From assembly GCA_002633005.1 (NCBI GenBank), contig NMRA01000757.1, forward strand, positions 1 through 64,000: a stretch of DNA of 64,000 nucleotides. The letters run 5' to 3'. Origin of the DNA: Phoronis australis (Eukaryota > Animalia > Phoronida). Both the position numbers and the translations under genes were made by a program. The notes beneath the pieces are model-generated. The model saw nothing but the letters and a program-made list of their open reading frames with translations. It was not told where the DNA came from and searched no databases. This document shows, one piece after another, positions 40,213 through 51,000 of the stretch; positions within the stretch are counted from its first letter, which is position 1, and each line of letters starts with the position of its first letter.

Positions 40213-41919
40213 CGCAGGTGGTGACTTGGGTTGTTTGATATGCTTTGATTTTACTTAAAATTTTGGCATGGGCGTGTGAATTTGCGTTTAATACTTGCGT
40301 CAATGCCGCTTAATCATGGTAAGCTTCATGCTCGAACTAGGCCTGCTAAACTAAACTAGTTTATTTTATCGAGTTTCATGTAACTGTAAGTTACATATTT
40401 GGGCCCGCACGTCAGTTACCTCGTGTTATAGACACTGGGTGACAGAGATCTCTCTTGGGCAAAAATGTGGGGGATCGAAAATTTTCAGTTGGTACCTCAG
40501 TTATGCGAGAAAAGCCCGGAGACAGGGAGCGGGACCCAATTGTACGACCGGTGGGAGCTTGTATAGGTTATGGTTACTGAAGGCAAGACTGCTTAGGTTA
40601 CCAAGGCTTGCTACACTTCTTTTGTTTAGCTGGCCCGATCGAGAAGCCTTAACGGTGATGTGATAAATTTTCTGCCGCCGGAAGTCATAAGATCGGCGTT
40701 GGAAGCTTTGTGTTAACGAGGCATTAAACGTGACTAAACGTCACTTCCCAATCCTTTACGGTTGAAATATGTGTACTCGTGCAGTACATTTGTAAATACG
40801 CCGCACACATGTACACTAACAAATTGACCATTGTCAACAAATACAACATTGTTCCCTCGTTGGATCAAAACAAACGAGCGAGTTCATTTAACATGATCTC
40901 GGGCGGTTTGCAATCATAACTCATTATAGGCGCCTTTTCAAACACCATTAATTTCCGATTTATTTCCAAGTGCAAACGTAATAGAAAGCGTCAGTGTTAT
41001 GCGAGAGACCACCTGTTACGGTATTTACGATTACGTGAGCACAAAAGTAAAGATGGTAAGCGATGACTGCATTTATCTACCAGTGTATTCAGCTTCTTTT
41101 GTTGTCACGTGACCGCTGGCAGCGTAGTATGAACAGAGGGAGTCACGACCCAGGATTTAGTAATACACTCCTTGTTGTGCCTGGAGCATAGTTCAATGAC
41201 GTGAGGGCGTGGATCCCGAAAGCATTTAAGATACGGAACTGCTGCGGGAAACGAAGAAGCAAGACACTCGCGAATATAGCTATTTACGTAACCAACAGCA
41301 GTTGCATCCAGATTGGTCTGTCTTTAAGTTATTCATGTCGAAATATGTTAAAATTACAAGATTTAATTTTCAAAACAAAAAGAACCGGGCAACATTAGAA
41401 TTAGAATGTGGGGGAGTCTCAGTGCTGCCATACTCCTTTATTCAAAGAAACCGTATTATACTGACAAAAACCAATGCACTAAAGGTCTTCGGTGAGGGTC
41501 TTCTCACCTACTCTGATACGAATGTAAACTTGAAAAATAAAGACGTACGCCGGAAAAGGATTCATTTGCGGAAAACCTCCGTGAAACAGTCACACTTCCG
41601 CAGTTTTGTTTCAGTGAAACCATCCTTTTCTTTCTGTAAATTCATTAGTGATCACTTACAGCCCCAGATCGGAAAGGCCACCCTACGAACTAAGTCACGA
41701 AATTGGAAACAGCACTTTTGTGAGGAATTTTGGAGCCAAAAATTCACCCATTTAATCTCCACGTCCCGCGTGCACCTTCAACAGGGGTACTTTCATCCAG
41801 GAATGCGACATTTTGAATATTGCAAGCAGTTATAAGACACTAGAGCAGACAACAACGTTGACTGCAGCGTCATCTATGTGAAAGTTCCACACCTGCCGTT
41901 TCACGCAGTCCTTATCATC

Positions 41920-41927
41920 TATATAAG
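41920..41927 (+). promoter_or_regulatory. Candidate TATA box (TATATAAG) of the PLA2-like gene
   Basis: 44 bp upstream of ATG 41964. Confidence 0.5.
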
Positions 41928-41963
41928 CAGGCATGCCGTCGTTGATACTACCTTGCACAACAT

Positions 41964-44900
41964 ATGGCCCTTGCACATTGCTATACAATGCATCGTCTTT
42001 TACTTAGCATTTTCTTTTTCTTAAGTTATTTTATAACTTGCCGTTCTTCTAATGAGCTAAGCTTCAGAGTTACAATTCCTCAGCATAATAAGAAGGAAAT
42101 ATGGATATACTCCAACGCCAACGATATTGTCACCGTCATTTTCAATGCCAATAGGAAAATGGTCGACTGCGACGTGGCAAAGAAAAACAGAGACGCCGTT
42201 AAAGACTTATTCTATCATGTGAGTTTTTTTACGATCAGGTATATAGTTTAGTGAGGCAAAACGCGCTTGCGGTTTTGTTTTAAGACATTATAGGCTAGAA
42301 TTAATTTTCTGAAAGCAGCCTCAGCGGTGAATCGAACCCTTAACCCCTGCGGTCGCAACCTAATGCTCTGCTGGTGGAGTTTGACCTTATTCGAAAAACA
42401 GCAGAATATTTTAAGAGTACTTTTAAACAGGTGAAGCCTCGGGCTTTGATTTTAAGGAACGCCTGCAGGACAAGGGCGAGAATTTATCGGAGATGAATAC
42501 AACGAATTGTGTTGTTTTAAAGCTTTGGTTAGATTAATAACTTCAAGAAGTCTATCCCGTCCAGCAAATATCCCCAAAATGCGTTTTTCAGTCGTAAAGC
42601 TGATAATGTCTCTGGAATACACGATTGTAAAATAAACCGTGTGCTCATCGAGATACGGTTTGTATTTTACAAACTATGTGAAAAGGGCATTTGGAACTTT
42701 GGATTAAGTTTTAAACTTGAAAGGAAGCGAATTAAGGGATAATGACTAAATGTCAACATAAATTTGTCTGTTTCATGTGGTAAATGCTGTTCAAATTTCG
42801 ATTATCTCAGTGCCCTACGACGCTGAGCACAACTGCGCAACGAAGTCGTTTGCAACTTGAGAGCTGCCTTTCGCACTGTATAGCTGGCTAAAAACGAAAA
42901 TCGAATTAGGCTTTACTCTCGTAAAACTAGTCTCATAGTATTCCTTACCGTGAAAGGATTCTATTAACATTAGCGGTTCAAGAAAATGCTTTAGAGTTTA
43001 AAATTACGAATTCAAAAAAGGCGCAAGCACAAATTGCCAAAAGTGGCTCGAGTTGATAACATTATGAGAAAATGACTCATATCTTGCTGAAAAATATGAA
43101 ACCGATTTCATGACAGTAAAAGACCTAATTCGATTTTCGCTTGCTGAACACAGCGAAATGTTGCTAGAAGTGATTATGATCCACCTATACTGCTATAAAA
43201 TTGGTCTCAGCTTGTTCCTTACTCGAATGTGAAATTCTAGGGTTGCTAAGAACTGACAGTTCGTTATTCCGCGAGACCTTGCTCGCCGCACTAAAAAGAG
43301 ACACCGTGACAAGCCAATTTGTGGAGGCTGGTCTCAATCACGAGTGAACGGTCAGTTCTTTCGAAGCTACGCCGGAAATCACCTCAAATTTGACTGAATA
43401 AAATTGTTTACCAATGCTTTCCATAACGTTAAATGTTTTAAAATTAACATTGTTTTTTGTGTAGTAAAATGAAAAACTAACTCTTTGCTATGATGGTCAA
43501 GTAACCCAGTTTTGATAACTTTCTTCCTCAATAGATTGATTTTCATATAATCATTAAAATGAAGAATGAAGAAATTCTTTAAACCTTTACCTGATGTTTT
43601 CTTGTGTTATACGGAAATTTAATCTTCCGTTATGGGGTAAACGTAACGATGCTTGAAGGTGTACAAATACTAATAACAAATATGTTGCCACAAAACTGCT
43701 TTTTCCTTGCACGCACAAATCCAGGCCCTCGCAGGTAAAGTCGGAGACGAGAGAGTAGTTCAAGAAATGGACGTAACCAAGCTGGGAAGGCAGTGTAAAA
43801 AATTCCTCAGAGATATGGTAAATATTAACAGACCGTTGGCAACAGACGGTCTTTTGCTCGTAACATGCTTTTGTCAACGAATTTTATTTTGCAAAAATTG
43901 TTGATGTTTAACTTATTCCAAGAAAGAGCTCGTCTAAGGCCTACTAATTATTTACTACTTTCCGTTCGAATTTTTGGTCTCTTGTCTTGAGGTTGACTGA
44001 CGTATATCACAAAACTAGCCAATTGTTCCGTGGGAAGGGCGATTGCATTGATACGCCAAAATATGTCCATTATTAAACGAAAAATTCCGACCGGTGAAGT
44101 CGACAGCACCTGGCACCAATGGCTGCTGGTTTTGGTAAATACCAGGATAAATGGAACAGTAGATGCAAACATTGTAAATCGTCAGCTCTGAAACTTACTG
44201 TTAAATCATCTGTCCCAGTACTCAGCTTACGTTACGGTATACCTTGACAAAACACCTTTGAAAAATGAAACGTAGCAAGTGGCTGCTTCGTTTTCGCCAA
44301 ACATGTCTAGCTACGCCCCTGATTATTAATTATTTATTGGCAAATTATGCAACAGGGATCAGTAGTTTCAGGTGTCCGTGCTTCAGTCATGTGATAGCTG
44401 AGATGATCTTTTCGTCTAGACTAGCTAATGAAATCTTCTCCAGTTTGAGGTAATTCCACTCTGTTGTAGAAGAGAAAGAAGGTGGACGATAGGTCGGGGG
44501 TTGTGAAAGACTTTCGGAAGTTCAGAGAAATGAAGGAAGGGGTTAGCGGTAAATTTTCTTCTTTGCGTTATCCTCTCTTTCCCAATTCCGTCGTGAGGTT
44601 TCTTACTTGCCCGAGTTTGACTCAAAATGTCAAGGTTTTGCCAAATAACTGAACCTTTCGCATCATGTTTAAAACGAGGTTTTACAAACACTGTTTTGCG
44701 AACACATTACTTGAGCATTATTTCATTCCGTGGCGGATCTAGGATACCATAAGGGGGGGGGGGCAACACTTAGTCTCGGGCAACCGCGCAAAGCACGACT
44801 GCATGCGCATGCGTGCACTACTAAGCCTGAAATGATGGAAGGAGGACCTCCTTACTGAAATGCAACCGCACAACCAAAAAAAAAAAACGGGGAGACGCTT

Positions 44901-47269
44901 CCTACACCTTGTTACCAGGGTTAATTAGTGAAATCAATATTTCCTCACGCTCTTGCGGNNNNNNNNNNNNNNNNNNNNNNNNNNNNNNNNNNNNNNNNNN
45001 NNNNNNNNNNNNNNNNNNNNNNNNNNNNNNNNNNNNNNNNNNNNNNNNNNNNNNNNNNNNNNNNNNNNNNNNNNNNNNNNNNNNNNNNNNNNNNNNNNNN
45101 NNNNNNNNNNNNNNNNNNNNNNNNNNNNNNNNNNNNNNNNNNNNNNNNNNNNNNNNNNNNNNNNNNNNNNNNNNNNNNNNNNNNNNNNNNNNNNNNNNNN
45201 NNNNNNNNNNNNNNNNNNCCAGCACTGGCGATCCGCCTGTACCGCTGCGACTGCGATGCCACATAGTGGTGTATCGACCCATTTAATAGCATAGTACTGT
45301 GATGTGGGAATGAAAGTGTCATTGACAAAACATGCAACATTCTTTATTCAGGGAGCAGGGGCGAATCCAAGATTTTGAGTTGCGGGGTGGGCAGGGCAGA
45401 ATATTCGCCAGGGTTTTGCCTGTTAGACATTCGCACCCCTGAATTGTCAAATGGGATCTGGAAGAATTTTAGGGCGGGGCATGACCCCGTTGCCCCCCCC
45501 CCCTTAAATCCGCCACTGGCATGGACCCATACGTGTACAAACATTGATCTTCAATGCATGGGAATGTTCTTTTAACATATTTAAAACTGCTTGTAACGAC
45601 ATCTAATAGTTCAATGATCACATGATCTGTATAGCATATATCGAGGATGACCTGAAGGGATTATTTGAGCGCCTTATAGCAACGTTGAGCCGCTAAGATT
45701 TGCCGCGGGATGTGGATCTCGCCTGTACATTTCTCAACGGTCAATGACTTCCACACAATGACGCGACTCAGAGCACAAGCCCTAGTAAAATCTTAAGTAA
45801 CCCATTTATGTTTGTTTAATTAGCGAAACTCTTGGTCTCATTTTTATTTGCACAACGTTTATTTATAAAGCGATAAATTATTACTCGGCAGGGACAAGAT
45901 GGTGCAAGACTTTAGCGCCGTCTGATGTCAGTCACAATGACTACGGCTCAGAGAAAAATGTGGACAAATGTTGTCAACGACTGCACTCATGCAACCAAAC
46001 TATTGATGGTAAGTCGCTACTTTTTCAAGTATGGCATAAGTAACATATTTTGAATGGTGTGACTTGATTTTTTCAAAATTTTCAATCAAACGTAAAAGGT
46101 TAGAAACTGCAGTATAGAACACAGTATACGGAACAGATGGAATTTCATGTTGTCAATTTCTGGATAAAAATAAATTTTCTAGAAAAATTACAATGCCACA
46201 AGAATCTGAAAAATATAAATATGGTAATTTTAGCAATTATTTTCGCCTCCATTTAAAGAATTTTTACCCTTGGTGTTAAAACAGTTCTTAACATTACCAT
46301 ACCATCAAGAAATACAATTAATGACATTCCTTGGCCAATACTATTTTGAATACAGCAGGACTTGGACTAATGGTTAGCTAAAAAGCATAGTTGGTTCTTG
46401 TTTCGAACTGGAATTCTTCTTAGTTGCTCACTTCTTTAAAAAAGAGAATCCACCTTAGAAAAGCAAAAATGATCCAGAATTTGCTTTTACTCATCACTAG
46501 GCACTTCAAACCTTGATTTCGTGAAATTTGAGCAGCTTACCAAAAACACAAGAATTTGGCTAAAATTCAAGTGATTCCGGTGGCCACAAGTCTCAAACTG
46601 AGTTTGGGTAGAGACCAGGTTGTGCAAAATCTATGGTGATATCAGGCAATGCACAATTTTAGATTCCCAAGGTATGCTAACATTAAAATCTCACCAATTA
46701 CAGACAAATTGCCAAAATTTCCATTTTCAGACCTTTTAAGGCCTCTTGAAAATTCTGGACACCCAACAATGTTAAAACATTGTTGGGTGTCCAGAAGTTT
46801 TCAAAACATTCTCTTATAGTAGCTTTGGTACAGAACTTGAACATGGAAAAGTAGTAGTTTGGCATCTTTATTACAGGAAGTGGAAAATAAAATTCACTTC
46901 TCTGCCACAATATGGCCTAAAATTATAAGTTTATCATAGCTATACAGATCTAAGAGAAACATTTTAACTATTCAGTTATCAATTTTATAACTTTCATCAA
47001 CTCTTGTTTCAGCACTGCGAGCCAATCATCAACTCTTCAACTATCACACGTTCAAATTACCCTCCTGTGAGTGTGTGCAAGCGTTTAAAGATTGTCTTCA
47101 AAAAATCAAAGGTCACGTGGCTAAACACGTGCGCCACCTATACTTTGATGTGGTAGGACTGACCTGTTACAAAATGAAAGATGTAAACACCTGTGTCCAG
47201 TGGAATAAGTGGTACAAAACATGTAGGAAACAGAGAGTGACACAAGAAGCCAAGAGAATTGTGCTGTAA
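41964..47269 (+). CDS. Secreted group III (bee-venom-type) phospholipase A2-like protein, predicted catalytically inactive; exons 41964-42218, 43725-43817, 44470-44548, 45892-46008, 47013-47269; 266 aa
   Basis: Signal-like hydrophobic stretch RLLLSIFFFLSYFITC; pro-region with two Cys; domain GTRWC...DKCCQRLHSC...SCECVQAFKDCL...LYFDVVGLTCY...C...C with the 10-Cys spacing of bee-venom PLA2. GT-AG junctions, phases 0/0/1/1, 801 bp with no internal stop. Exon 3 is least certain (chosen on phase and splice sites); the start could be ATG 41988. Confidence 0.82.
42315..42382 (-). mobile_element. Possible degenerate tRNA-derived SINE head
   Basis: Minus strand AGCAGAGCA...GGGTTCGATTC (A-box-like, B-box); no full cloverleaf. 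Confidence 0.35.
44959..45218. other. Assembly gap (260 N) in intron 3 of the PLA2-like gene
   Basis: Run of N. Confidence 1.
45356..45518 (+). mobile_element. MITE family A, copy 4
   Basis: CAGGGGCGAATCCAAGATTTTGAGTTG...AAATCCGCCACTG. Confidence 0.85.
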
Positions 47270-47318
47270 ATAATGCAGCGTGCTCATATAATCACCAAAG
47301 CAGAAGAGTTGCTAAACT

Positions 47319-47485
47319 CGGGCGGATCCAGGATTTTGAGTTAGGGAGGGGGGGCCCGGGCAGAGTATTAGCCAAGATTTTGCCCGTCAGAGATTCGCAC
47401 CCCCCAACTACCAAATGAAATCAGAGAGAATTTTAGGGGGGGGGGTGACCATTAACCCCTTGGCCCCCCTCTAAATCCGCCACTG
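47319..47485 (+). mobile_element. MITE family A, copy 5, in the predicted 3' UTR of the PLA2-like gene
   Basis: GGGCGGATCCAGGATTTTGAGTTAG...AAATCCGCCACTG; flanks AAACT/CAACT. Confidence 0.85.
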
Positions 47486-47699
47486 CAACTAATAAGAAAG
47501 TACACAATTATAATGATATTGACAGATTTATAAGTCGTGTTTAAATGTACAAATTTCACCTATACATAATACGTCACAAAGTATTGTAATAGCGACGAAC
47601 ATTTTCAGCTTTTTTAAATTACAACTTATGCTATGTACAATTCACAGAAGGCTGTCTGTTAATATGATTATAAATAGGGCTACTGGCATATTTACATTG

Positions 47700-47783
47700 A
47701 ATAAATACTACTTGTTAGCACCTAAATGACGTATGTACAAAACTGATTTTTGAAAATAATTAATATGTACAGTTAACAATAAA
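47700..47783 (+). promoter_or_regulatory. Two candidate AATAAA polyadenylation signals (47700, 47778) for the PLA2-like gene
   Basis: First canonical hexamers I found downstream of the stop at 47269. Confidence 0.45.
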
Positions 47784-48053
47784 GACGTCATCATTTGGTT
47801 GCGTGATTTGACCAATCGCTGCTTTCATGTATCAGAGCATCTTGTGTCCACCGGTGTCCTGCGATACTATCACTGACCATCAACATTAGCTGACCAGCCA
47901 TCTCTGACTGGTGCTCCATGGCCACTTGACTTGAAAATTGACCGATTACGTCATGTGAAATTTTGAAAACTTACACAAACAATGGCACGCAATTTCTAAC
48001 TTTTTTGTGTCAAGTCTCGACTAAAATTTGGAGGTCGTGGATTTCAATGCTGT

Positions 48054-51000
48054 TCATTCACCAAGAACTTTGAGGATTGAGGTAACGTTCTCCATACATT
48101 GTTTAAGTTGAGACGAACTACCATCGCTAACAATGGCTGCCTTGACCTCGTAGAGTCTGGCAAACACACCAAGATTCTTCATAAGCACACGTGTCTGAAA
48201 AAGTAAGCCATGAAAGTAAACAAGAGCAACGCGTTAATATGCGCCCAGTGTGTGCATCACAGATACATGATTATGCGCCCAGTGTGTGCATCACAGATAA
48301 AAGATTATGCGCCCAGTGTGTGCATCACAGATAAAAGATTATGCGCCCAGTGTGTGCATCACAGATAAAAGATTATGCACCCAGTGTGTGCATCACAGAT
48401 AAAAGATTATGCGCCCAGTGTGTGCATCACAAATAAAAGATTATGCGCCCAGTGTGTGCATTACAGATAAAAGATTATGTGCCCAGTGTGTGCATCACAG
48501 ATAAAAGATTATGCGCCCAGTGTGTGCATCACAGATACAAGATTATGTGCCCAGTGTGTGCATCACAGATACAAAATTCACATGGAATTGAAAGATAACT
48601 TGTGCTTCATTGCTGGCGGCTCAACTAATCCTGCGGATTTCTTAAAAGTCCTCACAAGATATCCCGACGCATTACAAGCACAGCACATAATTTCATGAAC
48701 TTTGACTCTTGAACATTTTGTGTAATGTAACATGCTATTGGTTGCCTTCCACGTCAACGGATAACGACATCCTATAATGGTAACGCAAATTTTAGTACAA
48801 TAAAAGCCAAAAGTATTCAGACGCGATAACCCTGAGTTTCAATACGGAAGTTCAGTGGTGACTGGATAATGGTACACATTCTAACAAGATTGCACCCACC
48901 TTTTGACTGTTATGCAGCAGTGCCCACAGTGCTGAAGAAGCAAGGGTCTTTTCCTTGTCACCACCAGAGGTCAGCTTACTCAACAAAAACTTCAGGAAGT
49001 CACCTGTAACAGAAATAATAACAAAATGTGCAATTTCTCAGCTTCTTGATTTTGCCATTAATTAGAAACCTCGAGGTGCAACAATTTCATTTCCCAACCA
49101 ATAACTTGTAATAATTCTTATCGGTTTACTTTTATGACCATATTCTTTTGTGTGTGGACCAGTGGGGGACAAAGATGAGTGTTAGTAATAGCACTGTTTG
49201 CACCATAGGATGGTTAAGCTGGTGCAATTAGAATTCTTATCTTAATTATCTAAAGAATCCCTAAAGAATTTGGAGATATTGGTTGCACTGTGACACAGGC
49301 TGTAACTTTAGTGTTGATGAGGATAATATAGTCAGACTTACTGTGTGAGAGTAACTTGGTCTTCTTGGTTGCATTGTGACACAGGCTGTAACTTTAGTGT
49401 TGATGAGGATAATATAGTCAGACTTACTGTATGAGAGTAACTTGGTCTTATTGGTTGCATTGTGACACAGGCTGTAACTTTAGTGTTGATGAGGATAATA
49501 TAGTCAGACTTACTGTGTGAGAGTAACTTGGTCTTATTGGTTGCATTGTGACACAGGCTGTAACTTTAGTGTTGATGAGGATAATATAGTCAGACTTACT
49601 GTGTGAGAGTAACTTGGTCTTATTGGTTGCATTGTGACACAGGTTGTGGAGAATGACGAGAGCTGGCTGACAGAGGGCAGCACTGTTAGAGTCACCAAAC
49701 TCAAGGAGCAGGTTTAAGGAATCTGAAACAAAACCATAATCCATGTTAATATTTAAAAAAATACTTCAGCAGCAAAAAATTGCTAATTTTGCGTTACTTT
49801 GACACCAGGACTTTGACATGTTGTCTACTCCTACAGTACACAATAAAAGAAAAATACCGTTTTCCCGTGTCACTCTAGCACTTGTGCTCAGCTATTTTTG
49901 GTGTTTACTGTAAAATGTTAAAAAAGTCACTGCAGCAAACGCAAGAATATTTCTGATTTCTGATGTCAGCGCCAGACTTGTAGCTTTAAATTTGTTCAGG
50001 TGCTATCATTTATTCAGAGATCACAACTTCTAGACATCATATCTCATTACACTGAGTTACTATTGATTTCCAACTGTTAATGGCGCCACAAATGAGATTA
50101 GTGACTTGTGCACCTGTATGGCCACCTCAACAGTTAATAACAAGATATTTCTCCCACAATTACTACACCCTCACAGCACAGATAACTACGGGGTGTTCAA
50201 AAATACCAGTGTCTTAGTTTAGTGAGATTGTGAAATATGACGCTTTGTTTTCTCAGTGAGCTTGTTTGCTCAGAAGCATACACAAAAAGATGGCTACTGT
50301 GAGTATTGAATTATGGGATTATAAGGATCCATTACGGCGTTCTCCCGTTCAGTGACTTTACCAGACGTAGGGGGTTGTGAGCGTGTGATAACATCTAGCT
50401 CCTTTGTTAGCTGCCAAGTACAGTTTTTGGCTGGTATGAGAACAGGCAGGCCAATTATCTACCAGGCTTATTACAGACCACGTGTGAACACAGTCAAACC
50501 CAGAGCGAATTGGTATGTTCGGAAAGAATAGCTTGTCGTAACTTCAGTTGTAGTTGGGAGATTTTGGCGATTCAAAAACTAAACGTGATCAGCATCTGAT
50601 GAGGAATTCAGAAATGGTTTATGTTCAAATATATTATAACATAACTTTTATTTTTAACAGCGCAGCCAAGTCAGGCTAGATACGATCTTATTGAAGATTA
50701 AAGCAATTATCGAACAAAAGAGAGCTGGCCCTCCAACCATAAATTTAAATGCCAGAGTTAATCAGTCATGTAAGATATTGGCTACAGGGGTCATCTTCCC
50801 AACTTGTTGCTGGGCTATAGAATCGAACAAGTTGGGAGCAACAGGAAAATGCCGTAATGTCAGAAACAATGGTAATGTTCACTTTTCTTGTTACATCAGC
50901 CAAGATCCCTGGTAGAGAGAGTCTCTCGCATTACAGATCAAACCTCCTATAATAGTGAAAACTCAGAACAAATGAATCATAGTTTAAGACACAGCAATGT

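Noticed and set aside
41302-41835. Longest ORF in the track (177 aa)
   Set aside because: Non-ATG start, no recognisable domain, lies in the PLA2-like promoter region.
44902-45340. Several >110-aa ORFs, and a CDCD motif just after the gap resembling PLA2 SCDCD
   Set aside because: The ORFs are N-gap artefacts; CDCD is followed by a stop two codons later and the real motif position is in exon 5.
48238-48574. Regular 34-bp repeats (also 30-41-bp arrays elsewhere) superficially like CRISPR
   Set aside because: No unique spacers, no cas genes, eukaryotic intron context; ordinary minisatellites.
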